From Phaeosaccion multiseriatum (taxonomy: Eukaryota; Protista; Ochrophyta, other classes): DNA of 64,000 nucleotides. Each line of letters opens with the position of its first letter. The stretch's first letter is position 1. Below the pieces are notes generated by a model, which was not told the DNA's origin, did no database searches, and saw only the letters and a list, made by a program, of their open reading frames with translations. The position numbers were made by a program, and so were the translations under genes. Below, piece after piece: positions 48,301 through 61,470 of the stretch. The stretch is from positions 1,240,001-1,304,000 of the forward strand of contig OZ218963.1 in the NCBI GenBank assembly GCA_965112735.1, written 5' to 3'.

Positions 48301-51300
48301 GAGTGGCAGCGGCGGGGGAGAAGGCAGGGGTGGTGGTGGGCGATGTGGTGATGCGAATAGGTCAGTGGTACTGGGAGGTAGAGGTGCTTTCTGCTGCTGC
48401 GGACATGTGGATCGGGGTCACGGACTGCCCCATCACAGACCTGGGTGCGGAGTTCGGCGGGGCGGAGGCGGCCCAGCAGTCGGTAGTACAGCAGCAGCCG
48501 CAGCAGCACCAGCAGCAGCAACAGCAGCAGTCGGACCAGCAGCAGACACAACAAGAGCAGCAGCAAGGAGTGCAGCAGTCAACTCTGCGCCGATCGCTAG
48601 GGTCGACAGGCTCCAACCTGGCGAGTTCAGGAGGGGTGGATCAACAGCGAGGTTAGTGCTTTAGTGCTGGTTCAGTTTAGTCACACAGTCTCTCCGAATG
48701 ATGGGAGGGAAGCGCGTGAGAAGCCATGTTCTCTTGCTGAGTTGTGTCTGTTGTGTCGACTTCGACCTTGCTTTACAATGTGTCCCCCTTTCTTTCCTCT
48801 GCCTTTCTGGCTCCTTGTCTCTTTGCTTCGCTCTCCTTCTCGCGATGTCGTGCAGGAGGGCTGGCTCTCCACCCCAGGCTCTGGTGCTACCACAGCGGGG
48901 TAGACGGGACAAGCCTCCAGGGCGGGGGCGAGGAGGTGATGCGCCGAACGACCAGCCTCGTCTCCAGTGATGGGCATCGCAATGTCGGGTCCTCTGTCCT
49001 CTCTGGGCTTAATGCTGGGGACCGCCTTGGGCTTGCTTTGCATGTAGAGGCTGCAACACTTGCCGTGTACTGTAACGGATCACTGGCGGGCGCATTGGAG
49101 GAGCTACCCTTCTGTGCCCCGGGGGGCGACATGGCGTTTCGCCCCTTCGTGGGTCTTCGAGGAGGGGGGTTACGCTTAGTGCGAGTGCGTCCCTTTGTAC
49201 CCGCGCCGTCACCAGAGGCGAGACTGACGACCGATGTTGGGACGACGAGTGAAGACGAAGAGGAGGGCTTTGTGTGGGTGAAGCGGCGTGGGGAAGGAGA
49301 TGCCTTGCAACTGGTACGGGATGTGTCCGACGATCGGGGGTGGAGGCCTCCGACAACGACGAGGCCTTCGAGGGCGCCTGTGGATACAGTGGGCAGTCCA
49401 GAGAACGAGTCGAGGATGATGATGCAGCAATCTGCTGCTACGGAGTGCCTGTATCGATACCGCACGCTTCTTCTCTGTGCCGAGAGCTCCGAGCACGAGG
49501 TGGGGCGGCGGGCAGCAGCAGCAGGAGCAGGAGGAGCAGGAGGAGGAGGAGGAGCAGGAGGAGGACAGAGTGGCAGTGAAGACAGCGTTGGTCTTGGCCT
49601 CGGCCTTGATGAAGAGGGGGACGAGGCGGAACAGGTGGAGCAACGACAGGAGGAGGGGGATGAAGCAGAGGCAGTGGAAGCCATGCTTGCATACCGAACA
49701 GGAGGGGGTGGGCACGCGACCGCAGCTCTCGGCCTGGGTATGATCCTGTCAGCGTCGAGTCATTACGATCCTGAGTACGACCTTCGCGGCGCGGTGCCCA
49801 GCGACATGTTCCCACTTGCGATTCACACGCTCGGGGCTGGTTGGTCCAGGCATGCCGGAGCCGCAATGCTCACTATCATGGCGAGCTGGACGGACGATTT
49901 AGCTCCCCTGGAGATTGGAATGTTCAACGGGTTTGACGGCTTTTGGGCTTTCTTGCGGCTCACACACGCCATCGAGCGGCAACAGGGACGGGGTGTGAGT
50001 GGCGGCGGAGTGAGTGGTCACAGGGGCGGCGATGGTGTTACCACTGATATCGCCAGTGGTGGAGGGGCATTGGCCGTTTTACGCAGACAGATGGTCGGTG
50101 TCGTGACGGGTGGCAGGAGAGGAGCATCAACGGAGCCGGAAATGGCGACAGCGACGACTGCAGCGGTAGCGGAGCCTCAAGATTGGAATGGGGAAGAGCA
50201 GCGAGAAGGAGGGGCGAAGCAGTCGGCGAGACGGGGGGAGAGCGAACCCGAAAGCTTCTCTCGATGCCTGCTGCAGTACTCGCTCTCTTGTCTGCGTCAC
50301 AGCCTCGCCCACCTCCCGACCTCCAAGGCAAGTTTCAGTTTCACTGGTCAGTCATCCCAGGGGTGGTATGGTACTCGTACGTTCCACATTCCCCTTGGTA
50401 GAGGCCTTGGTTGAGTTGAGGAAGATCCATTCCACCTTCACTGAGAGAGGAAGTACTTTCACTTCGCCTCGACTCACCTCACCTCACCTCCCCCCCGTCC
50501 CCCCCTCCCCCTTCCTTCCATGCCCCTGCCAACGTATTGACACATTGCCCACCCTATATTGTATCATCTGCCAGGTTGTGGTGAGAGTGATTGAGACAGC
50601 GCATCCGTACGACAACAACATGAGTGTGTTTTGGCCGGTGGAGATGCCTGGAGTCAAGCGTATCAAGATTGTGTTCGACCCTCGCAGCCGCACAGAGACG
50701 AGCTGTGACTGGGTGCGCTTTTACCGCGGAATGAATCGGAGCGGTCAGTGGGGACTCAGCAGGTAAAGGCTGAGTGAGAATCAAATCAAATCCTCTCTGT
50801 CATTGACATGTTCCACACCCAGGAGCACTCCCTTGCTGCCCATGAAATGAGCTAGTTAGCTCTGCGCTGAAACTACGTGCAAAACACCCCCCTTCGTCCC
50901 CTGACTATTGGCCCTCTCCTCCCTCCCTCCTCCTGAATTTATTCTCACTCCTCGTGTTTCCTTCCCCCATGTACTCAGATACCATGGTCGCAACGGGGCA
51001 GAGAATTTCCCAGGCTGCAGGGGGAATGCACCTTTGTGGATTGAGTCCGACCATTTTGTGGCGCACTTCCACTCTGACCCCAGCACCGTGGATTGGGGGA
51101 TTCGATTCACCGTGTACGGCTACTTCCGAGACGATGCCTGGAGGGAAGATGAGGAGACGAAGGAGGGTCAGGAGGCGAGTGTTGGTGTGGGAGTGAGCTC
51201 AGCCAAGACTGTCTTGTCTGCTGCTACTGCTGCCACTACTACTACTGCTGCTGCTGCTGGCGTCTCTGCTATCGATGGAGAGGAGAGCACTTGTTGGGAG

Positions 51301-53374
51301 GGCAGCGAGGGAGTAGGGCACGGAGGGAGAGCGGGAGAGGGAGAGGGAGGCTCTGGAGCTACCTCGCTCGCGCCGCGGCTTGAAGGGGGGATCAGGGAGA
51401 GGCTGACGGACGTGGATCTGTCTTGCTGGCTGCTGGAGTTTCTAAGCACAGAAGCTTCTGGACGTGTTCCACATGTCCGAAGGCAGCTGCTCGGCGCGAG
51501 GGCCCTGTCGGTGATTCATGAGAGCCTGACTGTCCTGCCCGGAGCTCGACGAATAAGGGTGGTTCATCTTGTGTCAAGTATGCTTTACGAAGCGGCCCTA
51601 AGGACGAGCAGGGGAGCGCCGCTGTCCAGACACAAGGCGGTGAACACGGAAGAGAAAGACCAGCAACGCCTCTTGTCTCCTGCGCTCCTTCGGCTCTTGA
51701 CAATGATTCGGGTACAGACTGAGCAGCAGTGGGCAGTGGAGCAGCACAGGCATGAACACCAGCACCAGCACCAGCACCAGCAGCGGGATGCCCTGTCTCA
51801 CGCACCCTCACCCCTTCTCAGGAGGAGCACTTTGCTGAAAGCCTTGGTGTTGTGCTGTGTTCAAATGAGCCGATTCTTGTCTTCCCTCAGTCTTGGAAGG
51901 GGTGCTGGCGAGGGGCTGGGGTCGCAGCAGCACGGGAAGGAGGTTGAGGGTCAGGGTCAGGGTCAGGGTCAGGGTCAGGGTGGAATGTGTGGCCTGAGTC
52001 GGGTTCATCTTCATCTTGGCGAACTCCTTCCTCGCGGCGAGTGGTTCAGGGACGTCTCCATGGCAGCGGCAATGATGTCGGAGCTGAGCGCCGGCCGCCC
52101 TCCCCTGGACAAGCTCTTGGCCGATTTTGTTCCTTTGCTGCAGAGGCAATCGGCAAGATTCGTGCAGAGCTACCACCCCTTCACCGCGACTGCTGCTACT
52201 GCTGCTGCTGCTGCTGCTGCTGGTGGTGGTGGTGGTGGTGATGGTGGTGGTGGTGGTGGTGGTGGTGCCCGAGAGGAGACGAGCTTCAGCCCCACTCGAT
52301 TGACGATTCCCGACGCCGTTCGTCTGGAGGTTCGGTTTCACACGCAGACAGAGATGACACGAAATGACGTCATCACCATTTCCGGTGGAGGTGCAAGAGG
52401 AGGAGAAGGGGCAGCACCGGTCGCAGGAGGAGCAGAAGGGGCAGCGGTGGTGACGCAGCACTTTGTCGGGCAAGTGGGAGGCACGGAAGAAGAGGACAAC
52501 CTTCCTCTCTTCTCCGTAGGTGACGTCGTTGCGCGTGGGAAGGAGTGGGATTTTGGGGATGAGGACCTGGGTGGAGAGGGGGTGGGAGAGGTCATTGGTC
52601 TGGAGCCCTACAAAGGCAGAGAGCGAGGCGGTGCGAGAGTTCGATGGACTCGTGGATCACGAGGGGGGGGGGGGCGGTCTTTCAACGAGGAGAAGGAATG
52701 TAAGCAGGAGCAGCGTGCGTACTTGTACTCGGTGCAGGACCCTGCTCATCTGAGGGTGGTGGAAAGGGGAGGGCCCGACCGCAGTCGTAGACCTGTGTTT
52801 GTGGAGGGCAATAGCCTGGAGGTGGCAGTTCGGAGGATAGAGGACCAGCAGCAGGAAGAGGAGGGGCTTGGGGAGGGTACAAAAGCGAGGAAGGGTGTTG
52901 CTGAAGGCCGGAGAAGCCCGATGGAGGGGGGCTGTCTTCACTTCGACGGCGTTCAGGGCAATGTGGTCTTCCCTTTGGACGGTGGCGGTGCTGACTACTA
53001 CCATGATGATGCAACAAGAGAGGATACACAACAAGAGAATGGGGGGCTGCAACAAGGTAGCGAGAGGAGCCTACTCACGAGCAGAGAGAGGGATGATGAG
53101 TTGGACTTCCTGGGGAGCGACTTTACTGTGGAGGTATGGGCCAGGCTGGATGGGCCTGTCTCGACGAGTGGAGGAGGAGGACATGTTGCGAGCACACCTC
53201 CGAGACCAGTCTCGCCTGCTCGTGTTGGCAGGGACTTTTGCCTTCTCTCGCGGAGCTTTTGGGACGTTGCGGGGGACGAGTTGAAAGGAGAAGGGCCAGC
53301 TACGGAGGAAGCGAAGCGGCAGGAAGGAAGGGAAGGAGCACAACAGCGTGAGAGCTCTGCTCCTCCTTCTCCTC

Positions 53375-53419
<45 letters not shown>

Positions 53420-56400
53420 ATGCTGTGCCACACTACTACCGTGCTCGAGAAGAAGCGTGGTTGAGAGGCCGCGTGAGGCACCATCGTAGAGAGACTCCAG
53501 ACATTGCCGACGCCTCCAGCCTCCTTAGCCCGCTCAATGCCACAACTCGGGCAGCCTTGGGCTTGGGCAGACCGACGGGTGAGGAGTCTCGCCTGGCCGG
53601 CGTACGTGAAGAGCCAACTGTAGTTGTGGGAGCGCAAGAGGCAGCGTCTGAGGCACACAACGCGAGGCGTGACCGAAGCCTGCTTCAGCTCAAGGTGTGC
53701 GTGAATGGGGCGAGTGGTCGAGTGTCGGTGGATATGGGCAGCGCGGAAGGCAAGGGGCTGCGATTGGAGAGCAGCGACAAGGCCGTTCGGGAGAACACGT
53801 GGAACGCGATTGCGCTGGTCAAGGAGGGCCGCCAGGTTCGGCTACTGGTCAACGGTGTGATTTGCGGTGGCGGCGTGTTTGAAGGTGGTCCTCCGGCCAC
53901 ATCTTTTTCATCATCATCATCTTCTTCTTCTTCTGCCTCCACCGTGACGGAAAAGCAGCCAACCACGGCGGGAGAAGTGATGCATGGGCTCCCTCGCCCG
54001 CCACCTCTACGCCTTGGTTGCTGTGTGAGCTCGAGCGGTCAGGAGAGAGACTTTTGGAGAGGGGATATGTGTGAGCTGAGACTGTGGGCAGGGGCACGCC
54101 ACTCTGACTGCATCAAGGGAGATGTGCTCAAGCAGTGCGAGGAGGGGACTGCTCGTCCTTCCGAGGACACTGGCGGCGCTGCCCATGGCGCTGCCCAGGG
54201 TGGGCAGGGAGGGCTGCAGCCGCCGCCGGAAGCCCTGCTTATTGGAGCCGGACACGGCGAGGCGGTAAAGGGCAGGGGACGACCGGCGGTGCTTCTAGGC
54301 CGGTGGGCTGCTTTAGGCGAGGTCGGTAGTGATGAAGTGGTCTCTGTGGTCTCTGGCATCATCAGTCCAAGGGAGCGGATCTTGGGGAACGAAGCGCTGC
54401 TTCTCCCTGCCAAGGGAAGCCGGCTCGCCTTACCAGGCGTGCTCTCGTCGGGTTGCCGGTGGCGCCAAGCAGGTGATGCACTTGCCTCTGCGCTTGGCAG
54501 AAGGCAGCAAGAGGAGGCGGGGAGACAGAGGAGGGCAGCAAGAGGAGTGTGGGGCTTTAAGATGACCGTCATTCCGCATTTCCCAGAGGACCCTCTATCG
54601 GTCCCACGACTTGCCAAGCTCTTTGAAGAGCACCTGGCCAATATTTGGGGTGGTGGTGGTGGTGGTGGTGGTGGTGGTGGTGGTGGTGGAAGAGAGGAGG
54701 AAGGGGGCGCTGGTGAAGAGATCCCTGCAGCCCTGGGGAAGAATTTGGTTATGTACGTCAACGCACGAGCAGCAGCGCTGGGCTTGGATAAGAATGGTTT
54801 ATTGGAGGCAGGTTGGAACCGACTGAAACCGTCGAAGGAAGATCTGGTGGCGTGGCCGATGTTGGCTGCAGCGATGGACACGGAGGAGAAAGAGGACAAG
54901 AAGGAGAAGGAGGAGGACGAGGAGGAGGACAACGAGACAGCCGCCAGAGCGCAGGAAGATGATGACGATGGGGTGGAGGAGACCAAAACGAATCATCCTG
55001 AGGAGCAAGAGGAGAAGCGCGAGCCGGGTCACGCTGCTGCTGGAAGGGCCGACGTTTCGAAACGAGAGCTGTTGCCGTCGCCGGACCCCGTAGCATGGGC
55101 GGTGGTGGTGGCACCGAGAGCGCACCATTTGCAGGCATACGGGTGCCTCTTGTGCGAGCCTGATGTGAGCTCCTCCAAAGTGCTCTCTCTTGCCCCTGGA
55201 ATTCTCTGCGCCGTGCTTGATCCTCCTGCAACGCTTTCAGATGGCCGGGTGTGGGCGAGAGTTTCTGTGGCCGGCGTGGAGGGATGGGTGCGTACCCCTC
55301 TCTCCCCTCTTCATACGGTAGCAGAAGCAGTAGCACCAGCACCAGCAGCAGCAGCAGGAGGAGCAGCAGGAGCAGCAGGAGCAGGTCCTTTTCTAGAGGA
55401 AGGGGGCAGGAAGCGCTTCGCTATGTCAAGTCCTGACGCCACGACGCCGGTGTCCGTGCCACTTCCCCGCTTCCGCGAGCAGCAGGAGGCGGGGACACTC
55501 GTACTGTTGCAGTACGTCGACTTCCGGCTAGTCAGTGGTCGGGGGGGGGCTGACCACCAGCACGGGGGACAGCATCGACTTGCGCCCCCATCTCCCGCCG
55601 TGGGACCGCCGGAACAGCAGCAGTTGGTGATACAGCAGCAGCAGCAGCAGCAGCAGCAGCTCGAGCAGTACGATGACGCCTCGTCCTTGTCGCCTCCAGT
55701 GTTTTGGGTGGACGGAGACGAGGAGGAGAGAGGAGGCTGCTTCGGACCACTTCCACCCACTCCGGCGGCGGCGGCGGCGGCATCCTGCTTCAGGTCCGAA
55801 GAGGACGGCGATGAGAGGGAGGAAGAGGGAAAACAGGACAAGCCAAGGGTGGCGCAGATGGTTGGCTGTTCAGGCGCCCCAGTTTCCGTTTCGGTTTGTG
55901 CCTCCCCAGGAAGTCGCCACACCCCCGAACCAACTCCGCGCCAACATGACGTTACAGAAGGAGGCGCCCCTCTCCTCAGTAGCAGCATCAGCAGCAGCAG
56001 CAGGAGCAGTGGTGGTATTGTGGGGGCAAGTCGCATTCCTCAGCAAGTCTGCAACGACGATAGTGATTGCGAAGGTGTCTTTGGAGAAAGTGGAGGAGGA
56101 GACTTGGCATCACGGCGAATCGTTTTAAGCAAGACTGACGTGGGGGGGGGGCACTTCTATCATCCTCATCGTGGGGAGGACAAGGAGAGCAAGAGCGGCT
56201 TGGGCAGTCTGTTTACAGAGGGGCAACAGCAGTGCGTCGTGGTGACATTTAAGCTCACTGTTACCCGCCTCACGGACTCCTTCGTGGTGGCGACGAGAAC
56301 GAGCGGGCATTTGACAGAGCAGTACACTCACACTCGACCCTTGTCTTTGTCGACATCGAGGGCTTTAACAACAACAACAACAACGACGACGACGACGACG

Positions 56401-59400
56401 ACGACAACAACAACAGCAACAACAACAACTAGAGCAGCAGGAGCAGCAGCAGCAGCGCGGTGGTGCTTGTCCCCTGCCCGCTACCACCCCGCCGCCGCGA
56501 ATGGTGCGAATGGTGGAAGAGCCGTGGGGGATGGGAATGCCCCCCCCGGGGACGCCACCCCCGGGGATGCGCCCCTCCGGGATGGCTATACCCCCCCCGG
56601 GGATTTCCTCCCCGGGCTAGTGGATGGTGTGTCTTGTACGTTCTGCCCAGCGGATGGAAGACTTGTGGTGCACCTCAATCCGCTGGACGCCTTCCTTCCA
56701 GAGACGAGGCCGCTCACCCCCTCCCATGTGGCCTACTTGGGCCCGTTGGACCGGGGCAGCGCGGTCGTCTTGTCCGTGATTGACACCGGGGAGAGTGTGA
56801 CGTTTGTCGTTACAGAGCACGGTGGTCGGGGTAGAGCAGCGCGCGTGGCCGTCCCATGTACGGACACGTGGGGGCGAAGTAGGGTGGCGATTTGCCGTCT
56901 GCCGCTGGTGGAAGATGGGGCCACAGCGGCCGCGAGGTTGGCGGCGGTGCGCAAGTGGGAAGCAGATGCTTTTTCTGACGTGTCGGAAGAGCACGAGGGC
57001 GACGACGTGGATGAGGAGAGCGAAGAGGAGGGGGTGGAGGAGGGGCGGAGAGGCCTTGGCGAGACAGAGGATGGTGTGGATGGGGGAAGGGCTCACCACC
57101 ATCACCATGGAGGAAGGGGGGGGGGGCTCGCCTCAGAGGGCCGGCGGCCTTGCCTCGCGGAGGGAGAGAATGGGGAGAGAGAGGAGAGGGGCTGGCTGAG
57201 AATCGTCCACAAGGACCAGAGCGCGACGGTGCGGGCCGGAGTGAGCATCGACGACAGCGCTGTGCTCGGGTACGTCCTTCTGCATGGAGACAGCTACCGC
57301 TACCAACCACTACCAGTTTCCTTGTGTTGTCTTTTGCTTTGTTTTGTTGTGTGCTGGTTCCTTTTGGGTGTTTTGTCCTGTCGTTTTGCCTTTTTGTTTG
57401 GTGTGTCGTATAGCCAACTCAACTGCCTTGTCCTCGCTGCTCGCTCTCCCAAACGCATTCCTTCCTTCCTTCCTTCCTTCCTTCCTTCCTTCCCCCTCGC
57501 TGTCCCTTATTTCCCCTTACAGCTTTGTTCCGTGCGGAAGCATGCTCGCTTACAACCGCACCGCTGTGCACACAAGCCCAGGCCTCCCTGAGTGTGACCC
57601 GGTGACGCGCTTCCACGTGCTCGCCGGTCAAAACTCCCCTGAAGGCTGGGTGAGCGAGTGTGGCAGATACCGAAGCAATCCCTACCGAATCGCGGAGAGG
57701 GTCGTGGATTTGCAACTCTCTGAGCCAGAGGAATCTTGTTCCGAGGACGGTGATGGGCTTATGATGGACAGCAGCGGACGGGGAGAAGGAGGAGAAGGAG
57801 AAGGAGAAGGAGAAGGAGGACCAGGGGAAAGGGAAGGGGAAGGGGAAGGGGATGGTAAGGAGGGGGGTCGAGCTGTGTTGTGGTCGGAAGGAGCAAGCCG
57901 AAGGAGGGGGCTAGGAGGGAGTGGTGGGCCAATGGTCTCTCGACGCGCGAGCACACTCTTGGGTGCCACGAATGTCCACGTCGGCATCATTACACTACAT
58001 AGAGGAGGGGCAGCGGGAGTAGAGGGGACGGGGTCAACGGGTGTGGATGGAAGCATACAGGCATCATCTGCTGCTCCTGTTGCTGGCTATGCACCTGGCT
58101 GTACACCCGGTTGGGGGCCTCGTCCTCAGAGACAGAGCAGGCTGGAGAATGTGTTCAAGCTCCTGCAGGACTTCAATCGGCTCATGGACACGGCCATGCC
58201 ATGCATTGACTTCCGCCTGACGGACAAGCCGTGGAGTCTGGCCAGCCTCATTTCGGACAGGTGCGTGGGATCGAATCGATGATGATGATGATGATGATGA
58301 TGATGCTAATGATGGAAAGCAAGATTGCCTTACTGTCGGAAGAGTGCATACATAAGGAGGACCTCCCTCCCTCTCTCTGCTTGTGTTTTGTGTCTTGTCC
58401 ACCTTCTCCTGTTCGTCGTTTCGTGCGTCTTGAGCCCTGCCCCCAACCAACCAAAGCCCTTCCCTCTATTCCACCCCCCCCCCCTCACTGAACCTTGAAC
58501 TTCCCCCTCCTTATTACCTCCATGCCCTGCGCCACCTGTGCAATCTGCTCTATGCAGTCGGCACTTTATCTTCTCTGCTGTCAAGGCCGACCTGTGGGAT
58601 CCTACTCTGGCCAGCAGTCGCACGAGCAGCAGCGGCGGCAGCAGCGGCGGGGGCGGTGGGGGCGGTGCCGGAGGTGGTGAAGCAGTACAGAGTGGAGGAG
58701 GAGGAGGAGGAGGAGGAGTTGCGCAGGGGGCGGGGGGGCAGAGGGGAGGAGCAGGGGGGGCTGCGCTACATGGAGGAGGAGGAGGAGGAGGAGGGGGGGG
58801 CGGGGGGCAGCAACCGCCTCCAGCCTTCGACCTTAAGCTGAGCAGAGCCAAGGCGGCCAAGTTTTACGTCACAGGCGAGACTGATCGTGAGGGGCGCCAT
58901 ACCATCTTCTCGCAAGCGTTTCGAGCGATGCGCTTTCTCCCCGCGTCCTTCTTCCGCCAAGCCGTGCCCCAGAGACCTTTGTACACCACCATCTTCGTGG
59001 GAGAGCACGCGCATGATGCCGGAGGACCGTACAGGGAGTCATTTGCGCAGTGCTGCGCGGAGCTTCAGTCTTCAGCCCTACCCTTGCTCGTTCGATGCCC
59101 CAACGCGGTCAACAACGTCGGTATCAATCGCGACAAGTGGCTGCCTAACCCCTCCTGCGGGTGTGTGCCTTACCCTAAGGGAGGCAGCGGCATCGGCTCC
59201 TCCCCGGTTGGTGGCGTGCACAGGCCGCGGCGTCCCTCCTCCCACTCTCTCGCCAATCTCCACCTCCAGATGTACCGCTTCTTGGGACGTCTGATGGGCG
59301 TCGCGTGCCGTAGCGGTCAATACCTTGACCTCGACCTGCCAAGCTTGGTGTGGAAGCAGCTCGTGGGGGAAACCCTCACGCGGGAGGATCTTGAGGCGGT

Positions 59401-61470
59401 GGACATTCAGGCCACGCGGAGCATCGACAGCGTACGCCATTTGGAGGCACGCGGGGTGACGGAGGACATGTTTGAACACTTGTGCATTGGCAACTTCACC
59501 ACCCTTGGTCTAGACGGAAGAGAGGCGGAGCTCAAGCCGGGAGGGAGCGAGGTGCCCGTGACGTGGAGCACAAGGGGAGAGTATGCTGATTTGGCGGAGG
59601 CCTACCGCCTACAGGAGTGTAGAGTGCAGGTGAGCAGGAGGGGAGTTGTGGGTGGAGTGTGTGTCAGTGTTGCTGTTTGCTGTCACTCCGACGCGGCGGT
59701 GGCCGTGCGCAGACAGAATCACCACCCCTCCTCTCTTCTTTCTCCGTGCTCCTCCTTCCTCCTCTTCCTCCTTCCTCCTCCGCCTCCTCCTCCTCCTCCT
59801 CCTCTCCCCCTCCTCCTCCTCCCCCTCCTCCTCCTCCTCCTCCTCCTCCCCCTCCTCCTCCTCCTCCTCCTCCTCCTCCTCCTCCTCCTCCTCCTCCTCC
59901 TCCTCCTCCTCCTCCTCCTCCTCCTCCTCCTCCTCCTCCTCCTCCTCCTCCTCCTCCTCCTCCTCCTCCTCCTCCTCCTCTCACTGCCCCACCCTTTGCA
60001 CCACCTCCCAATCCCCAAACCCCAAGGTGGAAGCCATACGTATGGGCTTGGGTGACGTGGTCCCTCTCGAACTCCTCCACGTGGTGACCTGGAGGGAGCT
60101 GGAGGTGTATGTGTGTGGTAAGCCCGGCGTGGACGTGTACCTACTCATGACGAACACGGACTACTCGGGCTGCGGCCCTATGGACAAGCACATCCGCATG
60201 TTCTGGAAGGTAAGGAAGGGCGAGATAGAGACCTCGATGTGAGATATAGACCTCGATATAAGAGATGTAGACCTCGATAAGAGATGTAGACCTCGATGTG
60301 AGGTGTAGACCTCGATGTGGAGGTATAATATATCGAGACGACCTCTACAGAAGGGTATGAGGGCGAGGAGAAGCGAGACGAGGGAAGACGGCTTTTCTTC
60401 CATTGAGACACTTGGGCATTGCTGGATCTGGGGAGGCGGACGGTAGGGGGGAGGAGGGAGGAGGGAGCCTACGCCCTGAGGAGGGTACATAACATTACAT
60501 ACTCTTCCATACTCTCGGTGCAAGGGAAGGGAACAAGTGACGAGAATGTGTAGCGGTGTGTACTGAGAATCACAATTTCGTTTGTTGCCATCTTGCCATC
60601 CTTCGGTGCCGCTGCTACTCTGTGCTGCACTCACTCACCGCACACACAGGCTTTGCAAGGCTTTAGCGAGGTGGAGCGCTCCCTGTTCTTGCGCTTCACC
60701 TGGGGGCGGTCACGCCTGCCCATCAGCGCTGCGCATTTCCACCAGCGGTTCAAGGTACGAGAGGAGGCGGAGGGACTCACTCGGGTCAAGTAGAGGAGAG
60801 GAGACGGAGGGACCCACTTGGGTCAAGTAGAGGAGAGAAGACGGAGGGACTCACGGGGGTGAAGTCAGTGGCATGTATGGTAGGCAGAGAGAGAGAGTCT
60901 TTCTTTGCTGTACCTGACCTAACTGACTTCTACCTTTTGTCTTTTTTTGTCTTGGTGAGGTACGAAACGGACTCTTAGTCGTGGCATGCATTGTGTATGG
61001 GTAGAGACGATTGCACCGGGTAGTAGAGACGGTTGTAGGGATAGAGGGCGCGCCTTTGTTTGCGGTACACTTGAGGAGCATAACCGCTACACATTCTCTC
61101 TGTTGGTCGCATGAATTGTAGGTATAGAGAGAGAGAAAGAGCCTGGCTCTCTGTATCTTTTTGTTTTCTTTTTTTTTCACACTTGTTACCCAACCACTTC
61201 CCCGCGCAGGTGCAAGGCTTCCATTTGGGCAACGACATTGGCAACTTGAAGCATGACGACTTCTTGCCGGTGGCGCACACTTGCTTCTTTACCCTGGACC
61301 TTCCGCGGTACAGCAGCCAGGCCGTGTTGGAGGCCAAGCTGCGCTATGCCATCCACAACTGTCAGGCGATTGACGCGGACAATACAAGCGCGGGCAGGAG
61401 CGCCGCGAGGATGGGCTTTGAGAATGAGGATGGGGATGAGGGGGACGACGGAGAGCGACTTGCAGTGTAG
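28180..61470 (+). CDS. Giant HECT E3 ubiquitin ligase (HERC2-type HECT with CUB-like, MIB/HERC2, LamG, SPRY and SH3b-like modules), ~8,958 aa
   Basis: 22 phase-consistent exons totalling 26,877 nt: 28180-28614, 28794-31900, 32117-32247, 32677-32849, 33179-36253, 36652-36837, 37239-37372, 37681-37802, 38217-38684, 38947-40509, 40804-41591, 41806-42438, 42714-44098, 44285-48651, 48856-50327, 50575-50762, 50979-57269, 57523-58260, 58558-59629, 60027-60209, 60650-60754, 61210-61470. HECT motifs FVGEHAHDAGGPYRES, FLGRLMGVA, FLRFTWGRSRLP and LPVAHTCFFTLDLPRYSS (catalytic Cys at 61282-61284), followed by the large-HERC-like YAIHNCQAIDAD. Confidence 0.9.
32248..32676 (+). other. GC-AG intron (HECT intron 3)
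   Basis: GAAG|GCAAGT donor and gtgcag|AC acceptor, phase 1 on both sides. It removes a CT-rich minisatellite. Confidence 0.75.
50328..50574 (+). other. GC-AG intron (HECT intron 15)
   Basis: AAG|GCAAGT is the only phase-0 donor I found that joins to ctgccag|GTT and restores the CUB-like 'VIETAHPY' exon. Nearby GT donors are phase 1 or 2. Confidence 0.8.
59745..59982. repeat. Intronic (CCT)n tract within the HECT-domain region
   Basis: Directly visible. It lies between the donor at 59630 and the acceptor at 60026. Confidence 0.95.

Noticed and set aside
28180-57591. Treating the long ORFs (1049, 1157, 1470 and 2227 aa) as separate genes
   Set aside because: Each ends shortly after a strong donor and joins the next in matching phase, and domains continue across the junctions.
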